The notes under the pieces are model-generated. The model did not search any database. It worked only from the letters and a program-made list of their open reading frames with translations, and was not told the origin of the DNA. Below, in pieces: positions 47,964-56,603 of a stretch of DNA of 64,000 nt (position 1 is the first letter of the stretch; the number at the start of each line of letters is the position of its first letter). The translations under genes were made by a program, and so were the position numbers. Source of the stretch: an uncultured Acidobacteriaceae bacterium (GTDB lineage: Bacteria > Acidobacteriota > Terriglobia > Terriglobales > Acidobacteriaceae); assembly GCA_963766625.1 (NCBI GenBank), contig CAVYBF010000013.1, forward strand, positions 89,987 to 153,986, written 5' to 3'.

Positions 47964-49079
47964 TTATTTCGCCGCACGAACGGTTTCTTTGCGAACCGTT
48001 AAGCTCTCGATGAAATCTTCTTTCACTCTGTAGCCGGTGCCGGGTTCGTTGCGGATCGCAATGGTTCCTTGTGGCGACACTTTAACTTCCGGTTCTATGA
48101 CATCTTCTTTCCAGTAACGTCTGGAAGCCGAGACATCGCCGGGCAAGGTGAAATTTTCCAATGTGGATAAAGCGATATTGTGCGCGCGGCCAATGCCCGA
48201 CTCCAGCATACCGCCGCACCAGACCGGAATTTTTTGCAATTGGCATATATCGTGGATCTTCTTGGCTTCGCTAAATCCCCCCACACGTCCGACTTTGATA
48301 TTGATAATCCGGCATGCCCCGAGTTCAAGTGCTATCGCAGCTTTTCGGGCGCTAATGATTGACTCGTCAAGACAAATGGCAGTTCTCAATTCCTTCTGCA
48401 GCCGGGCGTGGTAAAAAATGTCGTCATCCCAGAGCGGTTGCTCGATCATCAGCAGATTGAACTGATCGAATGAGCGCAAGTGTTCCACTTGATCGAGCGT
48501 GTACGCGGAGTTGGCATCGCAGCTCAAGGTAATATCGGCCCAGCGGGATCGAATCCGTTCCAGCACATTCACATCCCAACTGGGCTTAACTTTTACCTTG
48601 ATGCGGCGGTAACCGGCGGCCAACTCAATTTGAATTTTCTCGAGCAATTGCTCGACTGAATCTTGAATTCCGATCGATACTCCGCAAGGAATCTCGCTCC
48701 GCGCGCCGCCCAGCAACTTCCAGAGCGGAATCTTTTTCTGTTTTGCTTCTGCATCCCACAGCGCATTTTCCACGGCCGCTTTTGCCATGCGGTGCCCGCG
48801 CACTCTCGAAAATAGAACCATACAATCTCGTGCTGATTCAAGAGTGCGTCCCAGGAGCGCGGGCGCAAGATAATGAATAATCGTGGGCCACGCAGTTTCC
48901 GCCCATTCGCTGCTGTAGAACGGATCTTCGCCGGCAACACATTCCGCCCAGCCGTTGACTCCCTCGCAATGAGCGGTGAGCAGCAGAATGCGGCGGCTGT
49001 AGGTGCGTCCGAAACTCGTCTCGAAAAAATGGACGAGCGGCATCTGGATCTCACGGATGGTGATGGCTTCAATCTTCAT
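47964..49079 (-). CDS. enolase-superfamily o-succinylbenzoate synthase / N-succinylamino-acid racemase (OSBS/NSAR subgroup)
   Basis: The N-terminus IREIQMPLVHFFETSFGRTYSRRILLL..GWAECVAGEDPFYSSEW closely resembles NAAAR/OSBS proteins. The catalytic pattern KVK.. (KxK), MIEQPL and CLDES is present. Confidence 0.85.
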   Translation of the reverse strand: MKIEAITIREIQMPLVHFFETSFGRTYSRRILLLTAHCEGVNGWAECVAGEDPFYSSEWAETAWPTIIHYLAPALLGRTLESARDCMVLFSRVRGHRMAKAAVENALWDAEAKQKKIPLWKLLGGARSEIPCGVSIGIQDSVEQLLEKIQIELAAGYRRIKVKVKPSWDVNVLERIRSRWADITLSCDANSAYTLDQVEHLRSFDQFNLLMIEQPLWDDDIFYHARLQKELRTAICLDESIISARKAAIALELGACRIINIKVGRVGGFSEAKKIHDICQLQKIPVWCGGMLESGIGRAHNIALSTLENFTLPGDVSASRRYWKEDVIEPEVKVSPQGTIAIRNEPGTGYRVKEDFIESLTVRKETVRAAK

Positions 49080-49184
49080 AGTAGTTCGGAAAACAAAATC
49101 GATTCACCGGAGAGACACAGAATCACAGCACAAACTTGCTGCCTCCTTACATCTTTACTTTATCCTTGCGCCTCTGTTTTGAAA

Positions 49185-49958
49185 TCACTCTCGGGATGCA
49201 TACGACCACTGCTCATCCCAATTTCCCAGCAGGAACGCCCCGTTGCCTTCGGCATCGCGTTTGTAGCCGAGCACGGTGAGGCCGTTTTCGAACGCCCGCA
49301 AGAATTGCTCCCGATTGCGCTCCTGAATCTGCTGTGCCTTTCCTCTGGTTTCAGAGGCGGCTTTCCACTGATAAATCTGTGCCGGGACCTCAATCGCTGC
49401 TTTTTGCTCGAAGGCCGGATTCTTGCCGCTCGCCAGCAGCGTCTCAACCCGCTTCGACTTCAGCCACCACTCGGCGATGAGACGGTCGCTGGGAAGCCCG
49501 CCCTGCAGCGGCGACGAGGTGATTCCGTACTGGTTAATGTTGTAGCGCCGCGAGATTGCTCCCAGCTTCTCGATATTCAGGTAAGCATTTTTAATTTCGA
49601 GCGGATCGTACGTCCATTCGATCAACTCGATGCCCCGCGCCAGCGCGTCTTCGCGCTGCAGCAGCTTCAGGCGGCGCCCCAGGCCGGAGTTGCGATGCTC
49701 CTTGCGCACTGCCAGCATGTGTGAGTGCAGATAAAGATGGCCCGATCGTGTCCCCGGAACGGAAAGAGCGAAGCCAACCATGTCTTTCCCCTCGAAGGCC
49801 CCCATCACCTGTCCCCCGACTTTTTCTGCCACGACGAACATGCGCAAAGGCACCAGTTCGTCGTCAGTGAAATTCCAGATTTCTTTCTGCAATGCGACGC
49901 AGGTTCTCAACTCCTCCAGTCCCTGGCACCGTCGGATCACAACCGAGTCCGTGCTCAA
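49185..49958 (-). CDS. GNAT-family N-acyltransferase
   Basis: It is 257 aa with the GNAT core HMLAVRKEHRNSGLGRRLKLLQREDALARG. Its start overlaps the mazG stop (ATGA). Confidence 0.7.
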   Translation of the reverse strand: MSTDSVVIRRCQGLEELRTCVALQKEIWNFTDDELVPLRMFVVAEKVGGQVMGAFEGKDMVGFALSVPGTRSGHLYLHSHMLAVRKEHRNSGLGRRLKLLQREDALARGIELIEWTYDPLEIKNAYLNIEKLGAISRRYNINQYGITSSPLQGGLPSDRLIAEWWLKSKRVETLLASGKNPAFEQKAAIEVPAQIYQWKAASETRGKAQQIQERNREQFLRAFENGLTVLGYKRDAEGNGAFLLGNWDEQWSYASRE

Positions 49959-50875
49959 GAGTTTTCTTCCTCCCGCTTTGCTTGCTGCCAGAGGGATTCG
50001 AGTTCCTCCGTAGAAGAGCTTTGAGGAGTTATGCCGCGTTCATGCAGGCGCTGCTCCATCCATTGAAAGCGCCTTCGGAACTTGCGATTGGTTTTGCGTA
50101 TCGCAGATTCGGGATCGACCGAAAGATAGCGGGCAATATTCACCAGCACAAAAAACAGGTCCCCTACCTCTTCTTCCAGGCGCTGGCGGAGACCTTCAGA
50201 AATAACCTGGCGCCCCGAACCTGCCAAACCGCGCGCCTCCGGATGCGGTCCGGGAGCCGGGAAGTCCTGCAGGTGCTGTCGCAGTTCCGCTACTTCCTCT
50301 TGAAGCTTCTCGAACAGTCCCTCGATGTTCGGCCAGTCGAAACCGACCTGCGCTGCTCGTGAACTCAGCTTATGAGCTTCGAGCAAAGAAGGCATCGCTG
50401 ACGAAATTCCGGCAAGAATCGATTTTGCAGCCGCCCCTTCGTTCTGAGGCCCGGTCTGACTTCTGTCCGCTGTTTCTCGCTCCCGCTTTTTTCGCTCTTC
50501 GACTTTCAGCGCTTCCCAATTTCGTTTGACGTCGCTGGAAGTCTCAGCTTTCACATCCCCGAATACATGCGGATGCCTGTCCACGAGCTTGCGCGAAAGC
50601 CGGTCGAGAACGTCGTCGATCGAAAATGTTCCCTGCTCCTTGGCCATTTCCGAATAGAAAAGCACTTGCAGCAGGAGATCGCCAAGTTCGCCCGGCAGTT
50701 CTTCCCAATCGCGATTATCGATCGCTTCCAGAACTTCGTAGGTCTCCTCGAGGGTATACGGCTTGATGGAATCGAAAGTCTGCTCGCGATCCCAGGGACA
50801 GCCTCCGGGCGCTCGCAGGCGCTCCATGATCTCGACCGCCCGCTCGAAACGTTCTCCAGTTGTGGACATTGGCAA
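49955..50875 (-). CDS. mazG: nucleoside triphosphate pyrophosphohydrolase MazG
   Basis: It has CPWDREQTFDSIKPYTLEETYEVLEAI and EELGDLLLQV, and a second MazG domain with EEVGDLFFVLVN. The start is TTG at 50875 or ATG at 50869. Confidence 0.9.
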   Translation of the reverse strand: MPMSTTGERFERAVEIMERLRAPGGCPWDREQTFDSIKPYTLEETYEVLEAIDNRDWEELPGELGDLLLQVLFYSEMAKEQGTFSIDDVLDRLSRKLVDRHPHVFGDVKAETSSDVKRNWEALKVEERKKRERETADRSQTGPQNEGAAAKSILAGISSAMPSLLEAHKLSSRAAQVGFDWPNIEGLFEKLQEEVAELRQHLQDFPAPGPHPEARGLAGSGRQVISEGLRQRLEEEVGDLFFVLVNIARYLSVDPESAIRKTNRKFRRRFQWMEQRLHERGITPQSSSTEELESLWQQAKREEENS

Positions 50876-50955
50876 AGAAAACCTAACCTGTTGATAACGA
50901 AAGACTAAACTTTAGTGCTATTGCATGTGGGTTGCATGTTGCTTACACTGGCAGC

Positions 50956-52041
50956 ATGAGCAACCGACATCAACGCGGTTACGTCTACAAAGCATCGGGC
51001 GCTTGGCACGTTCGCTACTATGACACAGACGGTAGGCAAAAATCACACCGGCTGTGCAATGGGGTGAAACCAAAGTCAGATGCGAAGCGGGCCGCTGAAG
51101 ACTTCCTTCGTGATCTCAACAGCAAGGCCGCGCTGCACGACGAAAGCACCGTTGCCGGATTTTGGGAAACCACCTACCTGCCTTTCATCAAAGAAAACCT
51201 GAAAGCGTCCACGGTTGAAGCCTATCAACAGTTGTGGCGCAACCATCTGAAGGATCACTTTGCCGATACCAAACTGCGTGAGTACCGCAAGGGTCAAGCA
51301 ACCCAATTCCTCACTACAGTATCAAAGACGCACGCTGCATACACGGTGCAAGGTATTAGGAGTCTCGCCAGCGGTATCTTTTCCCATGCGGCTTCAATTG
51401 ACCTTGTAGATGCAAACCCCATCAAATTTGCAAAGGTGTTGGGCCGCACACTGCCCCGCGCTGAAGGCAAATTCTATTCACTTGAAGAGATCGAAAACGT
51501 TATCACCGCGTTGGTGGATCATGTTGATTGTCAGTTAATCATGGCCCTTGCCTTCTTCCTTGGTCTTCGCAAGGGTGAGATCGCAGGGTTGCAATGGGGT
51601 GATGTTGATAACGACTTCATCCACATTCGCCGCTCTGTGTATCGCGGCATCGAAGGCACCCCAAAAACCAAAAAGTCTATCCGCTCGCTTCCCATTATTC
51701 AACCTGTTCGCGGTTTGCTGGTGTTATGGCGCAAGAAGGCCGGTGATGGGGTTTGGGTCTTCAGCACCAAGGAAGGTGGGCCGCGCAATCTTCAAGCGAC
51801 GGCAAACCGCGTCATCCGACCGGCTCTCACCAAAAACAAACTTGAGTGGAAAGGGTTTCACGCGGGAAGGCGCGGATTGGGAACCACGCTTCGCAAGCTT
51901 ACCGGTAATTCAACAGCGGGCCGCGATGTGCTTGGACACGAAGATGAGCAAATGACGAAGGATCATTACGAAGGCAAATTGCCGGAGATCGCACTTGCAG
52001 GTTTGAAGTTGCTTGAAGAGAAGGTTGTCGAACAGAAGTAA
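50956..52041 (+). CDS. tyrosine recombinase / phage-type integrase
   Basis: The N-terminal SAM-like core binding region is WETTYLPFIKENLKASTVEAYQQLW. The catalytic residues are LRKGEI (R), FHAGRRGLGT (HxxR) and LGHEDEQMTKDHY (H..Y). Confidence 0.9.
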   Translation: MSNRHQRGYVYKASGAWHVRYYDTDGRQKSHRLCNGVKPKSDAKRAAEDFLRDLNSKAALHDESTVAGFWETTYLPFIKENLKASTVEAYQQLWRNHLKDHFADTKLREYRKGQATQFLTTVSKTHAAYTVQGIRSLASGIFSHAASIDLVDANPIKFAKVLGRTLPRAEGKFYSLEEIENVITALVDHVDCQLIMALAFFLGLRKGEIAGLQWGDVDNDFIHIRRSVYRGIEGTPKTKKSIRSLPIIQPVRGLLVLWRKKAGDGVWVFSTKEGGPRNLQATANRVIRPALTKNKLEWKGFHAGRRGLGTTLRKLTGNSTAGRDVLGHEDEQMTKDHYEGKLPEIALAGLKLLEEKVVEQK

Positions 52042-52045
52042 CCGC

Positions 52046-52522
52046 CTAGTGGTGAGCATGGTACGTTGCAACAAGGCCGGTGATCGCACCAACAAGGCCG
52101 GTCGCTAGTGCCAGAAAAGAACCACCAATCTTGATCCACCATTCCAACAATTCACGACGCTCACGTTTTTCTTTGCGAATCGCAGTGACTAATTCCAACC
52201 GCGCCCGTGGTGTGAGAATTCGCCAATGGAATTGAGGTGTAAGCATATCGCTTTCATCAACCCAAACGTCTACATCGTTAGCACCAACCTGAGGAATAGG
52301 AAGATGAAGCTTATCAGCTTGATCTATCACCATTCGCGTGTCGTTGTGTTGCAGTTCTTCGTCAATTGAATTAATTTCCCAACCACGTTCGGCCCACCAA
52401 TCATCGGCGATGGTTGTGCTCTTTTTCTGCCGTGCTTCTTTCATCGCGGTACTTAACTCCCGCATAAGTGCCCATCTGTCCTTTTTGAGTTTTGCATTCC
52501 TGTAGCGCAACCGCAGCGACAT
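52046..52522 (-). CDS. hypothetical protein with C-terminal TM helix
   Basis: It is 158 aa and charged, with a hydrophobic tail IGGSFLALATGLVGAITGLVA. It is convergent with the integrase. Confidence 0.5.
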   Translation of the reverse strand: MSLRLRYRNAKLKKDRWALMRELSTAMKEARQKKSTTIADDWWAERGWEINSIDEELQHNDTRMVIDQADKLHLPIPQVGANDVDVWVDESDMLTPQFHWRILTPRARLELVTAIRKEKRERRELLEWWIKIGGSFLALATGLVGAITGLVATYHAHH

Positions 52523-52959
52523 GAAGAACCTCTTTTTCGTGGTTGGTCAGTCTCATCATTTGTAGAAGTTTGCTAACCAAATTTCAACATCAGCGGGGTT
52601 GTATGCGCGACCGGCCCGGAGATCGCCTCAGCACCGGGCGCTAATGCGCGGCTGTAGCGCGAGAATCGCGGTGATGGGTTAATCCGGGCGACCGCCGACC
52701 GGCTCACCCGGTTGCCAATGTATCTGATTAATTCAGCATTTTGGTGATTGATTCTAAACGACTTATGAAGCCGTTGCATACAGAATCGCATGTTCGCACC
52801 GGCTTGCACGATCTTCCTTCGGCTTCAATATACCTGTTTTCAACTACTTAGCGATGGGTTTATCGTTCTGAATTTGAAGGCCCGTGTGTGTGGGTCGGCG
52901 GTCGTTTCAGACATTTCTGTACAGACAGCAATTAAGCACTTTCATCAATGGGGTATCAC

Positions 52960-53515
52960 ATATGGGTACTGACATATGAATATAACCCCATTATTATTAT
53001 ATATATACTCATATGACAATGGGTGTCAGGTGAACCCATCTGTCAGGTGAACCCCCATTCTCACCTGTCACATGACACACCTGACATGTATAAGGGGGTG
53101 CTGTCGTTTGACGTGTGATCTCGCGCCCCGGCCTTGGTCAACTCACCTTGGTCATTCCAGCTTGACATGGTATGAATGGAAGCTGTAGAAACGAAGCTGA
53201 GGCGGATAGGTCCGCTGGTACTCGAAAATTGGCGTGAATTTGGCGCGAATAAGTGTCAGGGTACACCAAAAGTTGCGACCGCTTGACGTGTTAGATAACA
53301 ACAAAGTTGGGATGCCTTACAGGTGTGTGGTAACAACAAAGTTGGCGCGAAAGTAGTGTGCCGGGGTACTCAAAATGTTAGGCACTTGATGTGTGTTAGT
53401 GTACTGACAATTACCCCTACCCTGTTGGTACACTGAAAATCACGGATGTCAAAAGTGTGTCGGGGTACTGAAAATGTCACTCACTTCGATGTGTGCAGTA
53501 ACAACAAAGTTGAGG
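52960..53515. repeat. origin-like region: AT-rich tract, operator-like TGTCAGGTG repeats and an array of GGTAC-core iterons / TAACAACAAAGTTG repeats
   Basis: The AT-rich tract is at 52988-53018 (CATTATTATTATATATATACTCATATG). TGTCAGGTGAACCC occurs twice (53024, 53041), with an inverted CACCTGACA at 53078. The G(G/T)TAC(A/T)(C/G)N0-1AAAA core occurs at about 53260, 53364, 53427 and 53463, with the variant G(G/T)TACTGACA at about 52964 and 53399. TAACAACAAAGTTG occurs three times (53296, 53331, 53499). Confidence 0.7.
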
Positions 53516-53570
53516 CGGTTCTGATACCAAGCTTTAACTAGCAATCATCCAACAATTCGCACAGTTTGAA

Positions 53571-53602
53571 AGGCTCACACCATTGTGGGCCTTTTGTATT
53601 TT
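53571..53602 (+). terminator. terminator-like hairpin between the iteron array and the repA-like gene
   Basis: The stem AGGCTCACA / TGTGGGCCT has one G-U pair and a 4-nt loop, and is followed by TTTTGTATTTT. Confidence 0.45.
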
Positions 53603-53652
53603 AACAACAAACCCGCACTTCCTACCACGGAAGATGCAGAACAAGAGGAAGC

Positions 53653-55380
53653 ATGACAAACAACGACAGTTATAAAGAGTTAACAACGCAATGGGGTAAG
53701 TTGCAAGGGCCGGGGCTTTATCAGGCCGAAGGAGTCTATGGTTATGACTATGTTGCGAGCCGCATAGAGACACATGTTGATGATCTATCCGACCCGCACA
53801 CCGTGTTGATTATTGGGAACGAGAAGAACACGGTTAAGTTCTTGGACAAAATGACGAAGCGTGGGGTGATTGATGGCCCTGTCTTTTGTGAACCGAAATT
53901 CTTTTGGTTCTCAGATTATGAGGCTGAGGATTACGACCCGGAAGACGAAGACTGTACGTTAGATCACCGCAACCTGAACAACGAACTAGATGCGGAGAAG
54001 TTCAGGAACTTCATAGCAACAAGCGTTGACAAAAGGTATCGCCCCATCAAGTCTGTGTTGGTTCTCACTGAGAATTGGGAATATGACGGCAAGCTGAAAT
54101 ACCTTGACCGCATCTTAGAAGTGCCGGTGTGGAAGGAGAAACACAAAGACAAGACGATTCGCCCTGAAGTATATCAGTTGTTCGTTGATGAACAGGATGA
54201 GTCATCTTTCACAAAAGTAAGCAACGATTCACGTAATGGGGTTGTTAAACGATCAATTGAGTTGGTGCGCGGCGACCAAGTAAAGCCGGAAGAGATTAGA
54301 TTTTTGGTGCCTAACTTCGTGCCATTACATCAGCCGGTTGTGTTTTCGGGTGAGATGGACACACGCAAGAGCACGCTTGCTCTTGATATTGCCGCTGCCG
54401 GGTCGTGTTGGCGACCGTGGTTTATGGGAGAAGAGAACGAATGCACACCATTTCTCACGTTGGTTGCGGCGGCTGAAGACAATTTTGCAACCACGACGTT
54501 GCCGCGATTCATGGCAGCGGGCGGGGTTCGTGATTGCCTGTATGGTGTCAAGCTGGATGTGCAGACCGAACAACAAACCAACGATGGATTGAAGGTTTAC
54601 AGCACACCGCTGTCATTCGATGAGCATTTGAATTTGTTGGGTGAGAAGATCGTGGAACTTAATTCAACGCGAGAATGGCGAGTCGGCATGTTGATTAATG
54701 ACCCCATCATTGCGTTGTTCGGCAACAAGAATTACAACAACCCGCAAGATTCGCGTGACATCATGCGCGGCTTGACGAAGCTTTGTGAAGAACTACACAT
54801 CACCATTGCAAACATTGCCCACTTCAACAAGACGTTGGGGTTGACGGCGAAGCAAAAGACGGCGGGCAGCAAAGCGTTGGTTGAAGCCCACCGGCAAGCG
54901 TGGGCATTCGATCTGATGGAAGACGATAAAAAGATAACACTCATCGCACCCATCAAGCACAACCTGTTGAAAGATGCGCGGTCCTACAAGATCACCACGG
55001 TTGGTAAAGATATTGAATGGGAGATTGGTGAAGGGTATTACCAGAAAGCGAATGTTGGTGTCATCAAGTTTGTTGGTTATTCCAACATGACCGCCGATGA
55101 ACGCATTGAGGAACGGGAAGACAAAGGCCGGGGTAGTCGGAAAGAGATCAAGAAAGCCATTCTTGATTTGTTGAAGAATGGGCCGCTACCAGCGGGTCAG
55201 GTTTGCAACGCGCTTCAAGACTTAGGCTCAATGCGAACCATCCAACGGGCCGCTGGCATGTTGGAAGAAGAAGGCAAGCTATCGCGTGTTGGCAACAACA
55301 ACAAGAATCTGGTTTGGCAGTTAGCGACGGAACCACGGCAAGCAAGCTTTGATGATGCAGAGGCGGTGCGAAATGAATAA
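53653..55380 (+). CDS. RepA/AAA_25-like (RecA-fold) replication ATPase with C-terminal winged-helix domain
   Basis: It is 575 aa. The central region LVPNFVPLHQPVVFSGEMDTRKSTLALDIAAAGS resembles the AAA_25/RepA P-loop but with GxxxxRKS. A Walker-B-like motif (GMLINDPI) and IAHFNK are present. The C-terminus KAILDLLKNGPLPAGQVCNAL..RTIQRAAGMLEEEGKL is wHTH-like. Confidence 0.6.
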   Translation: MTNNDSYKELTTQWGKLQGPGLYQAEGVYGYDYVASRIETHVDDLSDPHTVLIIGNEKNTVKFLDKMTKRGVIDGPVFCEPKFFWFSDYEAEDYDPEDEDCTLDHRNLNNELDAEKFRNFIATSVDKRYRPIKSVLVLTENWEYDGKLKYLDRILEVPVWKEKHKDKTIRPEVYQLFVDEQDESSFTKVSNDSRNGVVKRSIELVRGDQVKPEEIRFLVPNFVPLHQPVVFSGEMDTRKSTLALDIAAAGSCWRPWFMGEENECTPFLTLVAAAEDNFATTTLPRFMAAGGVRDCLYGVKLDVQTEQQTNDGLKVYSTPLSFDEHLNLLGEKIVELNSTREWRVGMLINDPIIALFGNKNYNNPQDSRDIMRGLTKLCEELHITIANIAHFNKTLGLTAKQKTAGSKALVEAHRQAWAFDLMEDDKKITLIAPIKHNLLKDARSYKITTVGKDIEWEIGEGYYQKANVGVIKFVGYSNMTADERIEEREDKGRGSRKEIKKAILDLLKNGPLPAGQVCNALQDLGSMRTIQRAAGMLEEEGKLSRVGNNNKNLVWQLATEPRQASFDDAEAVRNE

Positions 55381-55627
55381 CAACAATCCAAGGCATCCCG
55401 CACAAAGACCTTCAGGGCCGAACGCTTATTTGCAAATTTGCTTGCTCACGAAGGTGCCGTTAACCATTCACTTCACCGATGGTGAGATCGTGAAAGAGTG
55501 CCTATTGGTGCAGATGGACACATTGAACCTGTTGCTAAAGGTAGTGGCGACCGGGCAAGAGTTTGTAGTTACACGGTCAAACATTAAGAAGATTGAAAGC
55601 ACCCACCAAGGAGCACACAACCAATGA
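55373..55627 (+). CDS. small Sm/Hfq-like fold protein (tentative)
   Basis: The ATG at 55373 overlaps the repA-like stop. AYLQICLLTKVPLTIHFTDGEIVKECLLVQMDTLNLLLK..FVVTRSNIKKI parallels the Hfq pattern FLN.LR..RVPVSIYL.NG..L.G.I..FD.F.ILLK...QMVYKHAIST. Confidence 0.4.
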   Translation: MNNNNPRHPAQRPSGPNAYLQICLLTKVPLTIHFTDGEIVKECLLVQMDTLNLLLKVVATGQEFVVTRSNIKKIESTHQGAHNQ

Positions 55628-55872
55628 CTAACTTACTCAGTGATGACACCTTTCTCCGCATCAAGACGGCCCGCCGCATTCGCACGTTGCTATCGCGGGA
55701 AAAGCAACTATACATGAAAGAGTTGCACCAACGCAGCGGAGTTGGTCTTGACACAGCATCCTTTCAGGATGTCGTGAAGGGGTTGGCCGATGGTGGGTTG
55801 GTAACACTCAAAGCGGGTAAGTTGGGTGCGGTGATGGTTGTTTTCAATGAAACCCCATCACAACAAGTTTAG
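55624..55872 (+). CDS. hypothetical protein, possible winged-helix DNA-binding
   Basis: It is 82 aa with a 4-nt overlap with the upstream gene. It reads LYMKELHQRSGVGLDTASFQDVVKGLADGGLVTLK. Confidence 0.45.
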   Translation: MTNLLSDDTFLRIKTARRIRTLLSREKQLYMKELHQRSGVGLDTASFQDVVKGLADGGLVTLKAGKLGAVMVVFNETPSQQV

Positions 55873-55918
55873 AGGCGACCAAACTTAAGCAACACCGCGC
55901 TACAGGAGAGCGCAAAAT

Positions 55919-56530
55919 ATGATTAGTGTAGAAGAGAAATTCAACGCAGTCCTTGAGGCGCTCAAGAGCAAAGGCAACTTTGATTTGTTCACCGAGCGCA
56001 GCAAAACATTAACCGGTATCGAAGCGAAGCTCAACTGTGCTCTTGCGGTCTTGAAAGAGTCGGCGGACATCGTTGAGTCTATCAACGAGTCGGGCCGGTG
56101 GGATTTGACTTTCAAAGTCAATCAACCCATCAAAGAAACCGTTCGCAAAAACAACGGTGCAGAGATGGTCACCATTTTTGAGTCTGGTGAGCGTGATGCC
56201 CTTGAGGGTCAGGGAAGCACCAGCTACTCTTACCAGAGTATTGATGAAGCCGGTGATGCTGATGCTTACCAACTTGAAACGGCCCGGATTATGAAAGGGT
56301 CTTCCGCGTTGGAGTCGAAAAACGGTTTCATCACCGAATCCAACCGCGAAGAAGCCGCCAACATGTTTGCCGGTATTCCTTCAAAATGGAACATGCCTGA
56401 AGGTTTGAGCGAAGGTCAGCGTGAGGAATACAAATTTGCCCGGTCCATTGGTATCTCGGAAAGCGATGCATTGCGACTCGTTAAACTGACAGGCGGTTAT
56501 AACGGGCGCTCTGCTTACGGCGCTCTGTAA
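55919..56530 (+). CDS. hypothetical island protein
   Basis: It is 203 aa and acidic, in the same orientation as its neighbours. I recognised no motif. Confidence 0.5.
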   Translation: MISVEEKFNAVLEALKSKGNFDLFTERSKTLTGIEAKLNCALAVLKESADIVESINESGRWDLTFKVNQPIKETVRKNNGAEMVTIFESGERDALEGQGSTSYSYQSIDEAGDADAYQLETARIMKGSSALESKNGFITESNREEAANMFAGIPSKWNMPEGLSEGQREEYKFARSIGISESDALRLVKLTGGYNGRSAYGAL

Positions 56531-56603
56531 ACAACACGAACTATCAACATGGCGATGGGTCAACACCCATCGCCGCTTTTTATTTACGAAGGAGAAAACA
56601 CGA

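Noticed and set aside
48873-49724. 283-aa plus-strand ORF
   Set aside because: It spans the OSBS/NSAR 5' end, the intergenic gap and the GNAT gene on the opposite strand, and it carries no motifs.
50876-50955. Expected tRNA or tmRNA integration target next to the integrase (also searched at 61369-61720)
   Set aside because: I found no cloverleaf-compatible sequence or GTTCGAATC-type T-loop at either border. Integration appears to be next to or into the mazG 5' end instead.
52573-52972. ORFs 52573..52809 (-) and 52790..52972 (+) in the island non-coding region
   Set aside because: They have no RBS, odd composition and no motifs. The region is better explained as regulatory or structured DNA next to the origin-like repeats.
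52960-53515. Possibility that the repeat array is a CRISPR array
   Set aside because: The repeats are imperfect and of several types with irregular spacing, and there are no cas genes. The layout fits iterons or operators, not repeat-spacer units.
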